IMG/VR virus record: IMGVR_UViG_3300042199_000081 | Location: 1 to 29,488 of that record | DNA from: a virus | Lineage: Duplodnaviria; Caudoviricetes | DNA length: 29,488 bases | Direction: 5' to 3' (one strand) | In this document: piece by piece, positions 10,401 to 18,406 of the stretch | Layout: each line of letters begins with the position of its first letter | How positions within the stretch are numbered: the stretch's first letter is position 1 | Program-made: the position numbers and the translations under genes | The notes under the pieces: generated by a model | What the model saw: the letters and a program-made list of their open reading frames with translations, nothing else | Databases searched by the model: none | Told to the model about the DNA's origin: nothing

Positions 10401-13400
10401 GAGTCGAGTTTCCCGCTCATCCTGCTCTCGATTTCGTAGAGAGCCTGACGGGCCTGCGGCCCAGCAAACCCGCGCTTCGCCAACTGGTAGGCCATCCAAG
10501 AGCCGAACGATCGCAGGCTACGCTCGCGCTTGCCTTTGAACGCCGCGAGCCACTCGGCTCCAGCCTGAGCGGTCTGGCCTAGACCCTCTGTCTGGGTCTG
10601 GGCGACCGATTCCTCGGCGAACCTCTCCATCGTCGATCTGGTCTGGTAGGCACGCTCCTGCTCCCTGATGCGCTGGCTTGCCGAATCCTTCTGCTGCTGG
10701 CTGGCGTTCGGGTCGCGGAGGGTCCTGACGGCGTTCTGGTATCCCTCGGCGTCGGCAAGCGTCGCAACCGCAGCCCCGTACTGGGAGGCGTACCCGACAA
10801 GCACCTGCTCCTCGGTCATCGGGTTCCCCTCGGCATCCTTGAATGCGTCGGGCGTGGCTTCGAGCATGTAGTCGAGTCCGCCCCTGAGAGCAAAGTCTGG
10901 ATCGAGGAACAGCAGGTGTCCCATGTACTCGGCCAAGGCACGGCTCTGGACAACTCCCTTGTGACGAAGTTCGTGCATGAGGGTGGCGAAAGCATTGCGT
11001 CTGGTGAACGCCGTTCCTCCAGCCTTGCGGAGAAGGAACACCCCGTCTGGAGACGACTGCGCGAGATACGCTCCGTCGTTCTCGGTGTCCTTCTCGATGG
11101 TCCTGACGGAGCCGTCCTTCTGCCTGATCCTGTACACCACCTTGGCGTCGAGTATGGTCGGCTTCACGCCTCCTACTGGGGACAGAAGCCTGTCGCTTTC
11201 GCCTTCGGCAAGCGACTCGTCGGATACCTCGGACAACTCGACATCGACCTCGACATCCTCGTTGGTTGCTCCGTTCGTTTCCTTCGCTGTGAGGAGCCGC
11301 GAGGCGAACGGCGCGTCGTCGGCTCCGCTTGGTCCACGGGTGGCCTTCGACCCAAGGGCGGACTGGCGCATCTCAAGGCGCAGGGAGTTGATTCCCCTGT
11401 TGCGCTGGGCCACGGATGGCCTGACCACGGAGCCGACACGGATCGCCGACTGGGCATCGCGCTGCTCGCGGATCGACTGCTCGATGCCTCCGAACGCACG
11501 GGAGTCAACGACCTCGACAGACAGCCCGCTGGTGGCGGCGTCGGCCTCGATCGCGGCCCGTCTCGCCTCTGCGTCCTCGGACCTTGAGAACGGAAGCAGG
11601 TCAACGATCTGTCCTGCGCTGTTTCTGGTCACCACCGCAACGGTCGGCTGTTCCCCTGCGACCACGGTCGGGTTCCTGCCGAACAGGAAGTTGACGTCTC
11701 CAGCGTTCGCGGCGGACATCACGTCCTCCCGCATGGACGGATGCGCGTACACCACGGCGGTTGCGTTCGGGTTGTCGCGTGACAGCCCGACGACGCCGAT
11801 CGGCACGAGGCCGATTCGATCCATCTGCTCCCTCGACGCGCTGGTGAGCGCATTGTCGGAGTCGTCCTTCGGGACGAGGACTGCGGATCGCCTGCCAGAC
11901 GCGACCTCGTCGATCGCGTGCATGACCATCGCCTCGGTCCTCGCGTAGGCGCTGTTCGCGACAAGGTTCTCGCGTGCGATCCTGTCCTGCTTGTCGATCA
12001 TCGACTGGGCCATCGCCCCGAGAAGGCCGCGCTTCTCGGCGTCCTTGATCATCCGAGAACGAGCCCGAGACTCTCGCGCTGCCTTTCCGATAGTTGACTG
12101 CAACGGAGCGATCCCACCAAACATGAGACCGCCAGCGATGAATCCAGTACCCATCGCCTCGGCTGTCGATTCCGAGAAGAAGTCGGATTCGTATCCCGCC
12201 GGAATCCAGATCGCGTCGGAGATTTCCTGAGCGGCCTGCGGAAACGCCTCTTCGACGGCCTCGATGCCCGCGACCTTGGCCCCAGCGACTACGGCCCCTG
12301 CCGCCTTCTTTGCCGTTCCAAGAGGTCCACGGTGTCGTGCCATCGATTCCGACAGCCCGTCAAAGGTCTCCTTCACGGCCTCCGGCGCGAACCTAGTCGC
12401 TTGGACCTTTCCAAACACGCGGCCAGCGCCCATGATGATCGGAACCTGAATGACGTTTCCGACGGTCTCGGACAAAAGTTCCGCTCCTCCAGCGAACGCG
12501 GCCTGCGACATGAGTTCGAGGTTCGACGGCCTTGCTGGGCGCGGAAGTCCTGCGGAACGAGCCGCCTCGTCCTGTTCCTTCCAGATCGAAAGCCTGTTCT
12601 GGTATGCCGACTCCGATGCGCTGAAGAAGAACGGGCTCGTCAGAAGCGCGGCGGCTTTCGGATTTCTGGTCATCAACGCTGGAACCGAATACGGAAGAGA
12701 TGCCAGAGCCGAACCAGTCATCTCCGCAGCCGATGTCCAGAATCCTCCTCCAGCGCGTCCCATGTATGCCCTTGCGTCCTCGGGGTTGTCTGGATCGACT
12801 CCCCTGACCGCTACGAGAGCGGCTGGGTTGCCACTAGAAACGACGCTGCTGGCGATGTCCCGACCGAACCTTCTTGCGGATTCGACAAAGTCCTCGCGAT
12901 CGGCTTCGATCTGCTCCGGCGACCTGCTTTCGGACGCTGAACGCTGCTGCTGTTGATTGCCGTCTCCAGAGTAGAACGCGAGGTCGTGAGCCCACCGCGC
13001 CACGCCAGCAGCCGTCGATCCAGCGAGATTTTCCGAACCAACGACAAAGTTGTGCATCAATCCGTAGTATCGCGCCTGCCACTTGGTGAAGGCGTCCTTG
13101 TCGTATTTGCTCCATCGAAGATGTCCGAGAGCATTCTCGTCGCCACGCGAATACGCGGAAGCGCGGAGTCCCACAAACTCCTCGACCTTGGGATCGTTGA
13201 TCTCGATCCCCTGAGTTCCGTCCGGTCTGTCCACCTTCACAAGCCCGCCGATGCCAGCCTCGAACAACTGGGACTTGGTGTCCTCGTATGCGAGGTCGTA
13301 CATCTCCTTCTGCACCTTGCGCTCAATTTCGCCAATGTCGATTGATTCAGGCGACACGTATGTGTACGACTTGGTGTTTCTGGACAACCCCACCGTAAAG

Positions 13401-13507
13401 GTTTCGGATGGAACAAAGTTTGCATTTTCGGCAAGAGACCGCCGAATGGCTTCTAGTTCTTCCGATCGGCGACGCATGAAGTACTGCTGCGGCGAAGTGT
13501 CGTCCAT
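1403..13507 (-). CDS. Giant polyvalent internal-virion/DNA-ejection protein (4,034 aa) with HExxH peptidase-like, ART-PolyVal-like, EIQSD, HhH glycosylase-like, HDxxGH and LPD38-like modules
   Basis: Single uninterrupted ORF. The likely start MDDTSPQQYF at 13507 overlaps the upstream stop (TGATG). It is the last and largest of three genes after the nozzle, the position of podoviral ejection proteins. Motifs include HELRH, VFHGT...FYFS...ASDYA...AAGFDG...AVFNANQIK, GGHNYRE/EIQSDW, GPKVGAY..N/TVDLW/QAVRW, FRAVHDAFGH/ETRGQNSW and TVDFSKGG/FLNAALQG/PMPYGY/NTDFAGRPI. Confidence 0.88.
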   Translation of the reverse strand: MDDTSPQQYFMRRRSEELEAIRRSLAENANFVPSETFTVGLSRNTKSYTYVSPESIDIGEIERKVQKEMYDLAYEDTKSQLFEAGIGGLVKVDRPDGTQGIEINDPKVEEFVGLRASAYSRGDENALGHLRWSKYDKDAFTKWQARYYGLMHNFVVGSENLAGSTAAGVARWAHDLAFYSGDGNQQQQRSASESRSPEQIEADREDFVESARRFGRDIASSVVSSGNPAALVAVRGVDPDNPEDARAYMGRAGGGFWTSAAEMTGSALASLPYSVPALMTRNPKAAALLTSPFFFSASESAYQNRLSIWKEQDEAARSAGLPRPARPSNLELMSQAAFAGGAELLSETVGNVIQVPIIMGAGRVFGKVQATRFAPEAVKETFDGLSESMARHRGPLGTAKKAAGAVVAGAKVAGIEAVEEAFPQAAQEISDAIWIPAGYESDFFSESTAEAMGTGFIAGGLMFGGIAPLQSTIGKAARESRARSRMIKDAEKRGLLGAMAQSMIDKQDRIARENLVANSAYARTEAMVMHAIDEVASGRRSAVLVPKDDSDNALTSASREQMDRIGLVPIGVVGLSRDNPNATAVVYAHPSMREDVMSAANAGDVNFLFGRNPTVVAGEQPTVAVVTRNSAGQIVDLLPFSRSEDAEARRAAIEADAATSGLSVEVVDSRAFGGIEQSIREQRDAQSAIRVGSVVRPSVAQRNRGINSLRLEMRQSALGSKATRGPSGADDAPFASRLLTAKETNGATNEDVEVDVELSEVSDESLAEGESDRLLSPVGGVKPTILDAKVVYRIRQKDGSVRTIEKDTENDGAYLAQSSPDGVFLLRKAGGTAFTRRNAFATLMHELRHKGVVQSRALAEYMGHLLFLDPDFALRGGLDYMLEATPDAFKDAEGNPMTEEQVLVGYASQYGAAVATLADAEGYQNAVRTLRDPNASQQQKDSASQRIREQERAYQTRSTMERFAEESVAQTQTEGLGQTAQAGAEWLAAFKGKRERSLRSFGSWMAYQLAKRGFAGPQARQALYEIESRMSGKLDSEMRIFDQARRETEARYREGMRAWLDSQATQPAPEQGGGAASPAQSERGMAGGASFSRRPLEGAQGVPATILSAPPEEERPMQKAGQTLEQAGQALKAEGAPTVSALASAVNAMASILPMLTQTLASVQSASGGRPSIPRMPRMPATEQAQAAAEPIPEPLESPTEPTTSPFVDMQSIDPRDRRAMMSLRPIRRSEMTPEMAAWSEGSQVVDENGDLIPVFHGTADDFDRFQGDMGRRGPEGADGLFYFSPNADDASDYATGRQKDIIDNIGIEQFTREGGGARVIPAVLSAKNLFDSDNPRHVKALRRFGVSRDDIDDGHYENLEQTRVLNAIKAAGFDGMYVRELDAQPAEDRDIAVFNANQIKGYFNERPTQAPEIMGSRRTLRGEWWLTDSGPLFADGDVGDMNHEMLAQQEAVRDLASNFRQLASAATDNALKSSLEQFDARIEEMDQGDGWDFNEAQDMVRTIVGDEGITAFMESAGVPQEQREQFRRRANFAMGLGDPREYGFDKNWVRVQGNNIQMRGLNDSSLRSVADKLYEAEGEKVLDQVFTVEDMAARRTYDDVPFDALEKGIRGLAPYRGASYSRRSQPPAGMQVATRFTVGAANMGLLNNQVLNYDKLNDEEEAEVVALLNYGLEQPRDVPNRATFYFTEEGLQTNARLIELLKKAARGPVRETKVFAPLNPLWASRDGQIAVLPKDVMEIPPDASSDIMGSRRPPLYSGLKKEMLSVDSERLSPQAWTQRIAALVNKGTVKSDEVEWSGITDFLRLAGGNKVSKQEISDYLDQNGIQIERVVGASEPFARRRFLAEQLYEEFRANPPRIPFGTDPDSQNPAERPLVGSYGERVINAVNPNRFKAHNALESALEMTGHVHFYDDVGGYSVWMEKTDEYGTRYSYALGGNTNPSVFQTEEEAEDAIEREIANVVRVARRDVDRASSGVAQLNDMLSTFLELQDPLLGKTRLSDEHMQFITDIAERSGNPRAVEIAKELVEANKPDKGAVYGEPKYKFVGLGGHNYRETILRLPKIKGKRFPRSYSDVSPETPDSDLGFESHNWAILNPVAHYRTDEAQVLRPNSLVDRVMRVFEIQSDWAQGRRSGEEKLQGADVRLPADHPLKRRIEELKAPMAPLDEEERRLNRPAVNLAASSYYLDAAEDWFKTRFAIPFPLELYRTFRDGTLGRDGIERFFDRVKEMRPAAGAISPERDVSEAEIDAIRDYVLARHAMRDPQKLLKEAKRDLRLAEAELRQRAGVTEEEASATERDAPFVTSQKFGVFKDGAEVLYTDEKGNQNPRRYQSMREAEIAAEKVGGEARDLGKRADTEGFVNLALRNIVLDAIEMGYTSIAFATGSQVNKALRQNPESVAGKGNVKFYDDVLPKIIQKFVKKMNAGTLTKAGVGTIDQRGAEPWRTNTVLDMSPEFIERAKNGLAMMSRRNQTGGAIGAAMRIAGGEPPRKFKTEDAFFLGPAAGFPALLRRGRGQLKPDARNIREAARRAVQDVSAWLGKENRRFADYYENDWKATRGFLEAHYKRPLTDEEMRVARFLAGVTSPNTALAANITDMVMLLDHWMAKGNFDAFEFGVNDKGAPKGVTGPYEISGNSAPNKLKVIKSVEKIAERLGSWDAALEYMMQTDTIKNLSEEKKSLGYKGGVGEVGKVRRVVEYASGTSDVVPRLFMFGPKVGAYTMNALGDSRYTTVDLWESRFIRAQFKGMFEENTGLPVGEEEHDLFVRFGELFNEEWKKATGDDMQPSALQAVRWFYIIDTAKRLGYSKASTNETISNYTARSIESRLQRRGTDQTGRFSGDGSPQGRGVVGEISYSRRPESSDQLSRDRGGQRTAGVYSPLEGAPVVEGATGPDPSIVQVAEQYAKDNGINLKRQARYAMVDEERARRIAQAYEDMQHSPSDPTVAEAYENLIKQTTAQYKALESAGYRFWLFDENSDPYEGKPWRAMRDLRSNKQMGVFDTAAGFGTSDFDPSQNPLLADTGIKWPFGNPNGPLRPVLANDLFRAVHDAFGHGMEGSGFRAQGEENAWQAHVRLFTGSAVGALTSETRGQNSWLNFGPYAEQNKTANVFETKFADQKTGLMPSWTWTEGRVEDETLPTDPSTAMDPLTGERVIKSMMSMRRGVRGIKDEATLRYLDRFDEVLRATRVAEERTGTALADVANPYLGARLLQGNIAQQQLDAEARYADLLRRQHVAGISLDDMDRFLYAQHAEERNRYIARIDPTRPDGGSGMTNADAAAEIARVQRSGRLPVFERFADEWRMMLQEALDARIDAGLVRPEVYAAINAEYKRYVPLRGIAARDPWDADFEEMGPQYGRGLSTTGRGMPMAAGRRSEASGITSQVAYVHEDTIRRIARNDVGQRFLRMMRAINDRAWGEVVRPTRRIVVDGAVRVVHDPTWTSDGRHFGVYVDEPMTINGHDYVAGDMVVIRINNRRLADAMLQPSMDLRAWERGLRAVNNVWRYMTTGPANPAFAPVNMLRDVGTATLNNMVTRGFMDTAGMLSRWPLAFARVMRDEWLGNGNATGTYRRFLAAGGGQVYWKENDLDVKRTDFEALARRVERRDPNDRSLAKTLFGWYTAFFAAAETASRLAQFEQRLAAGDSVQTAALAGRDITVDFSKGGLAKPALNTWYVFLNAALQGNANIISGLIRNPVRAALTMPHLILFGYVMAAMARAMGGEDEERGQSRWDNLRDEDKTAKIFFFDPSGSGKYISLPMPYGYNVLVSAGVRLEAAINGTDRASDVIGGTFNDALAAFNPIGGSGIKSGTEGLLTSLAPTMARPIAEITANTDFAGRPIYREQMGRVQQPDSQMAFEFTPEGWRTLAQSLNSATGGDEFESGFVDASPDTLRYLAGYYLSGTGRLLDRLYTAMSDPSKAELNDIPIMRSFVGDAANDRRSVSRQYYEIANSLAPTALRVREVESPTSAERLQSAVEGLDPEKVALNEIVSKTENELRKLRQVSKGATPEQQEAIAAVRRALQTSVIKQKNLLDKASRTE

Positions 13508-15153
13508 CAGAGTGCGCTCCCAGTCCTTCGCGTGGTCTTCGGAGTAGTTTCTTCCGATGCAGGCTCCTTGGCTGGCGCGGCCTTCTGTTCTCGGGATCGG
13601 TTTGCGATGGCCGATGACTGGGCCGCGATCCTCTCGAAGGCCACGGCGTCGATCAGGTTCGGATCGGTCTTGTCCCACTTGAACACGCTGGACGCCCACA
13701 TGTCAACCTGAGACAGGTATCGGGAGTAGTCCTTGACGGCCTGCATCTCCTGCGGGGTCATGTTCGATGGATCGGCCACGTACGGAATGTCGCGGATGGG
13801 AATCGTCGCGCCCATGTTTCCGTACGCGGCGAGGTGCTGCACCTGAGTCAGCGACGACATCTCGGTCACGATGTCTTCTTCCTGCGAGACAAGACTCCCG
13901 ATGAACCCGATCTGCGAGTTCGGGTCGATCTGCCTCAACTGCGGAGGCATGACGAACGACTCGATGTTCATCCACGCCATCATGGTGATCTTGTCGCGAG
14001 GCTCCTTCGAGCCGCGCAGGGCCGTCACGTTCTCGTCCCTCACGCTCGGGGCCTTCTGCATCGTCGGCGGAAACATAGACACGTCGGCGTTCGGATTTTT
14101 CCGAAGCAGCATCTCGGCGGTCGGGTTGGGGACCGCACGATCTCCTTGGCTCTGGAGCCAAGGCGCGAGCGCGGCGTTGTTCTTGAACTGCTGGATTTCC
14201 GCCTTTGCCGATCCCGTGAAGTCACGTCCCCGTCCAGTCGCAACGGCGTTGCCAGCCTGCATGGAGAGTTCCATCGCCCTCTGCGGGTCGATCGACGCCA
14301 TTTCCAGCAACGCCTCTCCAGACGCTCCCTGAAGGGAAGGCACAGCCGCGATCATCCGAGAAATGGAATCCCGAGATCGCTTGACCCCGACCGCAAACTG
14401 CATCCTCTGGTCGAGTTCGCTGCGCATCTTCTGGCGCATCGTCATCAGCGACATCCACTCGTTCGCCGCCACGGGAATCACGCCTCCCTTGACGCGAAGT
14501 GCTGGTGTTCCATCCTTCAGGCGAACGAGGTCAAACGATTCCATGCCCGCGTAGTCGCCGTTGGTTATCCCGTCTGCGGCAACAGAGAAGTCGGAGTCGT
14601 CCGTGATCCGTCCCTTCCAAGCACCCTTCATCCACGACATCTCTCCGCCATCACCACCCGGCTCCTCGGCCTTCAGGAAGTATGGTGTCTGGTCGATCGT
14701 CGGCACGACCTGACCGATCGCCTCGCCGAACATGGAGTCGATCTCTGCCCGTCCCTTGTCGATGTCGAAGACTCCCTGAGCGATTGCCTTCTCTCGCTCG
14801 GCGTTCGCCATGTCGATCTCGTCATTGCGCCTCATTACCCCCTTCCGGTACTGGGCTTCCTCGGCGACGCCTTCCGCGTTGATCCTGAAGTTGACGAGTT
14901 CCTTCTGACGCTCGAACGCGGTCTCTGACGCACGCTCCGCACGCGACTCCGCACGCTGTTCCGCAGACAGGGCATCCTCGCGCTCCTGCTGGCGCTGCTC
15001 GCGGGCCATCCCACTCCCGATGGTCGTTTCCATCGCAGCGCCAGCCCCAGCAAACGGGTTGTTTGGGTCGTATGCCTGAAAGCCTCTTGCGATTCCAAGA
15101 CCGATGTCCTGAAGTCGTTCGCGAGTGAGAAACTGGTTGTCTGCGCTCTTCAT
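13507..15153 (-). CDS. Putative internal virion / DNA ejection protein (548 aa)
   Basis: Start MKSADNQ overlaps the upstream stop (ATGA 15150-15153). N-terminal Gly/Ala segment (GLGIARGF...AGAGAA) followed by a Q/E/R coiled coil. Middle gene of the ejection trio by position. Confidence 0.65.
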   Translation of the reverse strand: MKSADNQFLTRERLQDIGLGIARGFQAYDPNNPFAGAGAAMETTIGSGMAREQRQQEREDALSAEQRAESRAERASETAFERQKELVNFRINAEGVAEEAQYRKGVMRRNDEIDMANAEREKAIAQGVFDIDKGRAEIDSMFGEAIGQVVPTIDQTPYFLKAEEPGGDGGEMSWMKGAWKGRITDDSDFSVAADGITNGDYAGMESFDLVRLKDGTPALRVKGGVIPVAANEWMSLMTMRQKMRSELDQRMQFAVGVKRSRDSISRMIAAVPSLQGASGEALLEMASIDPQRAMELSMQAGNAVATGRGRDFTGSAKAEIQQFKNNAALAPWLQSQGDRAVPNPTAEMLLRKNPNADVSMFPPTMQKAPSVRDENVTALRGSKEPRDKITMMAWMNIESFVMPPQLRQIDPNSQIGFIGSLVSQEEDIVTEMSSLTQVQHLAAYGNMGATIPIRDIPYVADPSNMTPQEMQAVKDYSRYLSQVDMWASSVFKWDKTDPNLIDAVAFERIAAQSSAIANRSREQKAAPAKEPASEETTPKTTRRTGSAL

Positions 15154-16100
15154 GAAGGTCCCCATCCGAAGTTGAGGTTTCCGACGCCAGCGGCCTGCGA
15201 AGGCGGAACCCAACCGTACGGGTTAGCCATTGATCCGCTTGCGGCTCCAGACGCGGCTCCAGCCGCTCCGCCAGCCGCTGGTGCGAGCATTCCAGCGAGA
15301 CCAGCGCCGAACATTGCGCCTCCGAAAGAACCCATCGCGGACCCGAACGCACTCGTCATCGCTCCAGCGAGGTTCGCTGCCTGACTTTGGTTCTGAAATG
15401 CGATGTTGTAGCCCTGCTGAATCAGGTTCATGCTGTTCGTCAGGGCTCCCTGCTGCATGTTCGCGATGTTGCCGCTGTATGTCTGGTAGATGTTGGACAG
15501 GTTTGCCGCCATCGACTGCTGGATTCCAGACAGTCCCTGACCCATCTGGGCCGACAGCGTCGATAGTCCCTGCGCCCGAGAGGCTTCCAGCGACGACAAC
15601 TGCCCAGCGTACTGCTCCCTGATCGCGCCCTCCTGAAGGACGCCCTGACGACCGATCGCCTCAAGTCGCTGCTGCCCGAACGTTGTCTGACCAAGACCAG
15701 AGAAGGCGTTTGCTGCTGCCGCACGCTGCTGCGCCTTCTCTGTCTGCTGACGTTGCAACGCGATCGTCGAGTCGCGGCCCACGCGCATCTCCGCAATGGC
15801 CTTGTCCATTCCAGCGCCGTACTGATGCCGAGCCTGCTCGAAGTAGTTGGTGAAGTCGGTTCTGGCCCGCTCCATCTCCTGACGGTAGAGACCGATGTTC
15901 GACTCGCGTTCCCGAGTGTACTGGGTGAGGATCGGCTTGAACATGCCCTGATACTCGGTGGCAAGGCCCCTGTACTCGTTTTTCGCCTGCTGTGCCAAGG
16001 CAGCAAGAGCCCTTCGTCTGGAACGGGCTCCAAATGCTCCGAAGATGCCGCTTGCTCCAAGCAGTCCACCGCCAACAAGCGCCATCGCCAACGGTGCCAT
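15150..16100 (-). CDS. Putative DNA ejection/pilot protein, P22 gp7 / T7 gp14-like position (316 aa)
   Basis: Start MAPLAMALVGGGLLGASGIFGAFG overlaps the nozzle stop (TGATG). Gln/Ala/Gly-rich helical body with Gly-rich hydrophobic ends, typical of first-ejected proteins. Confidence 0.7.
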   Translation of the reverse strand: MAPLAMALVGGGLLGASGIFGAFGARSRRRALAALAQQAKNEYRGLATEYQGMFKPILTQYTRERESNIGLYRQEMERARTDFTNYFEQARHQYGAGMDKAIAEMRVGRDSTIALQRQQTEKAQQRAAAANAFSGLGQTTFGQQRLEAIGRQGVLQEGAIREQYAGQLSSLEASRAQGLSTLSAQMGQGLSGIQQSMAANLSNIYQTYSGNIANMQQGALTNSMNLIQQGYNIAFQNQSQAANLAGAMTSAFGSAMGSFGGAMFGAGLAGMLAPAAGGAAGAASGAASGSMANPYGWVPPSQAAGVGNLNFGWGPS

Positions 16101-18406
16101 CACACGCCTCCTCTGCTCTTGCCTACCTGAGAAACGACTGCCGAAGCACGCTCTATCGACCAAGGCTTTCCGTCTGATGCGATGGTCAGGTACATCGCTT
16201 CTGCTCTGATCCTGCACTTCTGCGCGGTGTTTCGACCGTACACGATCGATCCGATCTGGGTTACCTCGGAATCCGGGAACGAGGCCCCGGACACCAGCGC
16301 GTTGTCCTTCACGTCGGGGGTGATCGGGTTCTGGCGAACGGTCACCATCGCGCTGTTGGGAGAAGCCGCGTCTGGATCGACCTGCTCGTACTCGATGTCC
16401 CAGTTCAGTCCGTTCTGCAAGGCGATCGTCCACGTGTCGGTCTGATCCCACCGCAGGACCCAGTTCCAAGGTCCGTTGTAGACCCTGTCCGTTCCTGACG
16501 CGAACGGATCGTCCTGCGTGTACTGCCCGAACGGACGCACCGCGAACCTGCCGTCGATGAAGTTGGTCGGCGGGTCCGGGACCGGGGTTGCGTCGTCGCC
16601 GTCGTATGTGTTCGCGAAGACCGTGGTCGATGCGTTGCCGCCGTCCACGACGAGCGGATTGATGTTGATTGCGAACAGCGTGTCGGTCTGGAGCCCGAGC
16701 GCCGACTGGGCCGTGTCGCCCGTGGACACCGACAGGACGATCTCGTTGTCGGCGCTTGCGTCGATGAACCCGCTCGGCAGTTCGTACTTGTCGTCCGCGA
16801 GATCGACACGCACCTCGTTCAGCATGAGCCTGTACGGCAACTGGCCGATGATCGGCCCGAACGTCAGGCTCGAACGCACGAACTGGAGGCGCTGCTGGTC
16901 CTCCTCCATCTCCGAGTTCCACCCGTCCACGCCGATCGGAAACTCCTTGTCGATGATGGAGATGGACTGCGTACCGCCCATGAACAGGCGACCGGAGTCC
17001 TGCCTGCTGGTCCCGACGTAACACGACGAGATCGGAGCGTAGATGTCTGGATCGGAGAACCGCTGCGGCCAGAAACTGTCTGTCTTGAGGTCGTAGAACA
17101 GGTGGACGCTCGCTGATTCCGTCCCGCTGACGCTCAGGAACATCCAGACGCCCTCCCTGTCTGGGTCGTAGCAGAGGCACGGGAAGACCTGACCAGCCGC
17201 GAGCGCGTTGCCGATGAGCGACGCAACCTGCGACTGGATGAGAATGGGCCGCTGGTCGTTGGTGGTCGAGATTTTGCCGTCGGACGTGATCACCGTTGAC
17301 GACGCGCCAGTAGGGCTTCCGTCAGAGGTGAGCAGCGACTCAAGCGTTCCTCCGCCAAGAGGGCCGCTGCCGCCGATCGCTGGCGTTCCGAAGTCCAGCC
17401 GCAGGAAGAACGAGTCGAGACGTCCTGCGCTGACCCTGCTTCCACGGTTGAAGTTGAAGTCGTTGGGAGCGAGGTAGTAGAGGCCGTCGTTCGCGAGAAT
17501 CCAAGCGCCCTTCTCCTGAGACTGACACCACGCCCTGCGCCCAGCGATCCCGATGCTGCGCGTGAGGTTGACCATGCTCGCGCTTTCCTCGAACACGGGG
17601 TCGGTGGTCAGGAACGAGAACGAGTTCGTGCAGGCGAACATGAGCCCGCTCTGGGAGAAAGGGAAGATCGCGACAATCGGGTCTCCGAGCGTCCCGTAGT
17701 CGGCGTAGGTCGATCCGCTCACGGCCCCGAGGATGTCTGCTCCAGTCCACCCGTCTACTGGGGCTCCTGTTCCACCCGCTCCAGTATGCGGAAACGGCTG
17801 GTCTGGGGCGCACGCATACCAGATGTTTGGGGTACTCTTGTATCCAGCAAGAACGATCCGCGGACCCCATCGGCAGATCAGCGTTGCCCGTTCACCTGTC
17901 GCCACGGAGTCTGGGTCTGTCCTAAACGGACCGTGGTCGTTCGTGGAATCGAGGCCCCACACGGCAACGGCATTCGACGCCGATGGTGTCGTCAACTTCA
18001 CGAAGACGTAGTGGTCGCCATCGACGAAGTAGAAGTTTTCGTTGAACTGGACGCCCTCGACTAGGGTGTCCGTGTTCAGAAACGTCGTGCTTGCCTGCCC
18101 ACCGAACAAGGTCGCGGTCGCAAGGATGTCAGACCGTGGATTGGCGTAGTAGACCTTGCCAGCCCTGACGAAGATCAGTTTCTCGACCAGAGCGCCAGAC
18201 TCGTACACGCGGTACGTTGACATGAACTGGACGCCGCCGTCGTTGTACTTCTTGGTCCCGTTGCGGGTGCTGATCCTCGTCCTTCCGTTCCATACGTCGA
18301 TCGGCATCACGTTCAGGCACGACGGAGTCATCCCCTGCGGAACGGCGCTGTAGGACGACTGCTCCGTGAAGCCCTTGAAAGGAAGTTGGATCGGGATGTG
18401 GGTCAC
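16100..18406 (-). CDS. Tail nozzle / tail tubular protein B-like (P22 gp10 / T7 gp12 analogue, 768 aa)
   Basis: Size, position between fibre and ejection genes, PFKGF...NV...GR...R.G N-terminus and beta-propeller-like repeats (IGIAGRRAW, WILANDGLY, YDPDREGVW, FYDLKTDSFW). GTG start in a GTGA overlap. Confidence 0.7.
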   Translation of the reverse strand: MTHIPIQLPFKGFTEQSSYSAVPQGMTPSCLNVMPIDVWNGRTRISTRNGTKKYNDGGVQFMSTYRVYESGALVEKLIFVRAGKVYYANPRSDILATATLFGGQASTTFLNTDTLVEGVQFNENFYFVDGDHYVFVKLTTPSASNAVAVWGLDSTNDHGPFRTDPDSVATGERATLICRWGPRIVLAGYKSTPNIWYACAPDQPFPHTGAGGTGAPVDGWTGADILGAVSGSTYADYGTLGDPIVAIFPFSQSGLMFACTNSFSFLTTDPVFEESASMVNLTRSIGIAGRRAWCQSQEKGAWILANDGLYYLAPNDFNFNRGSRVSAGRLDSFFLRLDFGTPAIGGSGPLGGGTLESLLTSDGSPTGASSTVITSDGKISTTNDQRPILIQSQVASLIGNALAAGQVFPCLCYDPDREGVWMFLSVSGTESASVHLFYDLKTDSFWPQRFSDPDIYAPISSCYVGTSRQDSGRLFMGGTQSISIIDKEFPIGVDGWNSEMEEDQQRLQFVRSSLTFGPIIGQLPYRLMLNEVRVDLADDKYELPSGFIDASADNEIVLSVSTGDTAQSALGLQTDTLFAININPLVVDGGNASTTVFANTYDGDDATPVPDPPTNFIDGRFAVRPFGQYTQDDPFASGTDRVYNGPWNWVLRWDQTDTWTIALQNGLNWDIEYEQVDPDAASPNSAMVTVRQNPITPDVKDNALVSGASFPDSEVTQIGSIVYGRNTAQKCRIRAEAMYLTIASDGKPWSIERASAVVSQVGKSRGGV

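Noticed and set aside
1403-13507. Virion RNA polymerase (N4/crAss-like) or intein as the explanation for the giant ORF
   Set aside because: I found no DxDxD or T7-like polymerase motif set and no intein splice motifs. The motifs instead fit a polyvalent LPD38 protein. A profile search would be needed to exclude this fully.
13508-13699. Longer 4,098-aa start for the giant protein
   Set aside because: It would overlap the upstream gene by ~190 nt. The TGATG-coupled ATG at 13507 is more parsimonious.
16101-17180. N-terminal extension of ORF 15150-17180 (and similarly 27571-28296, 24079-24315, 19701-20039)
   Set aside because: These are Arg-rich out-of-frame overlaps with neighbouring genes. 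Coupled or adjacent internal starts give sensible proteins.
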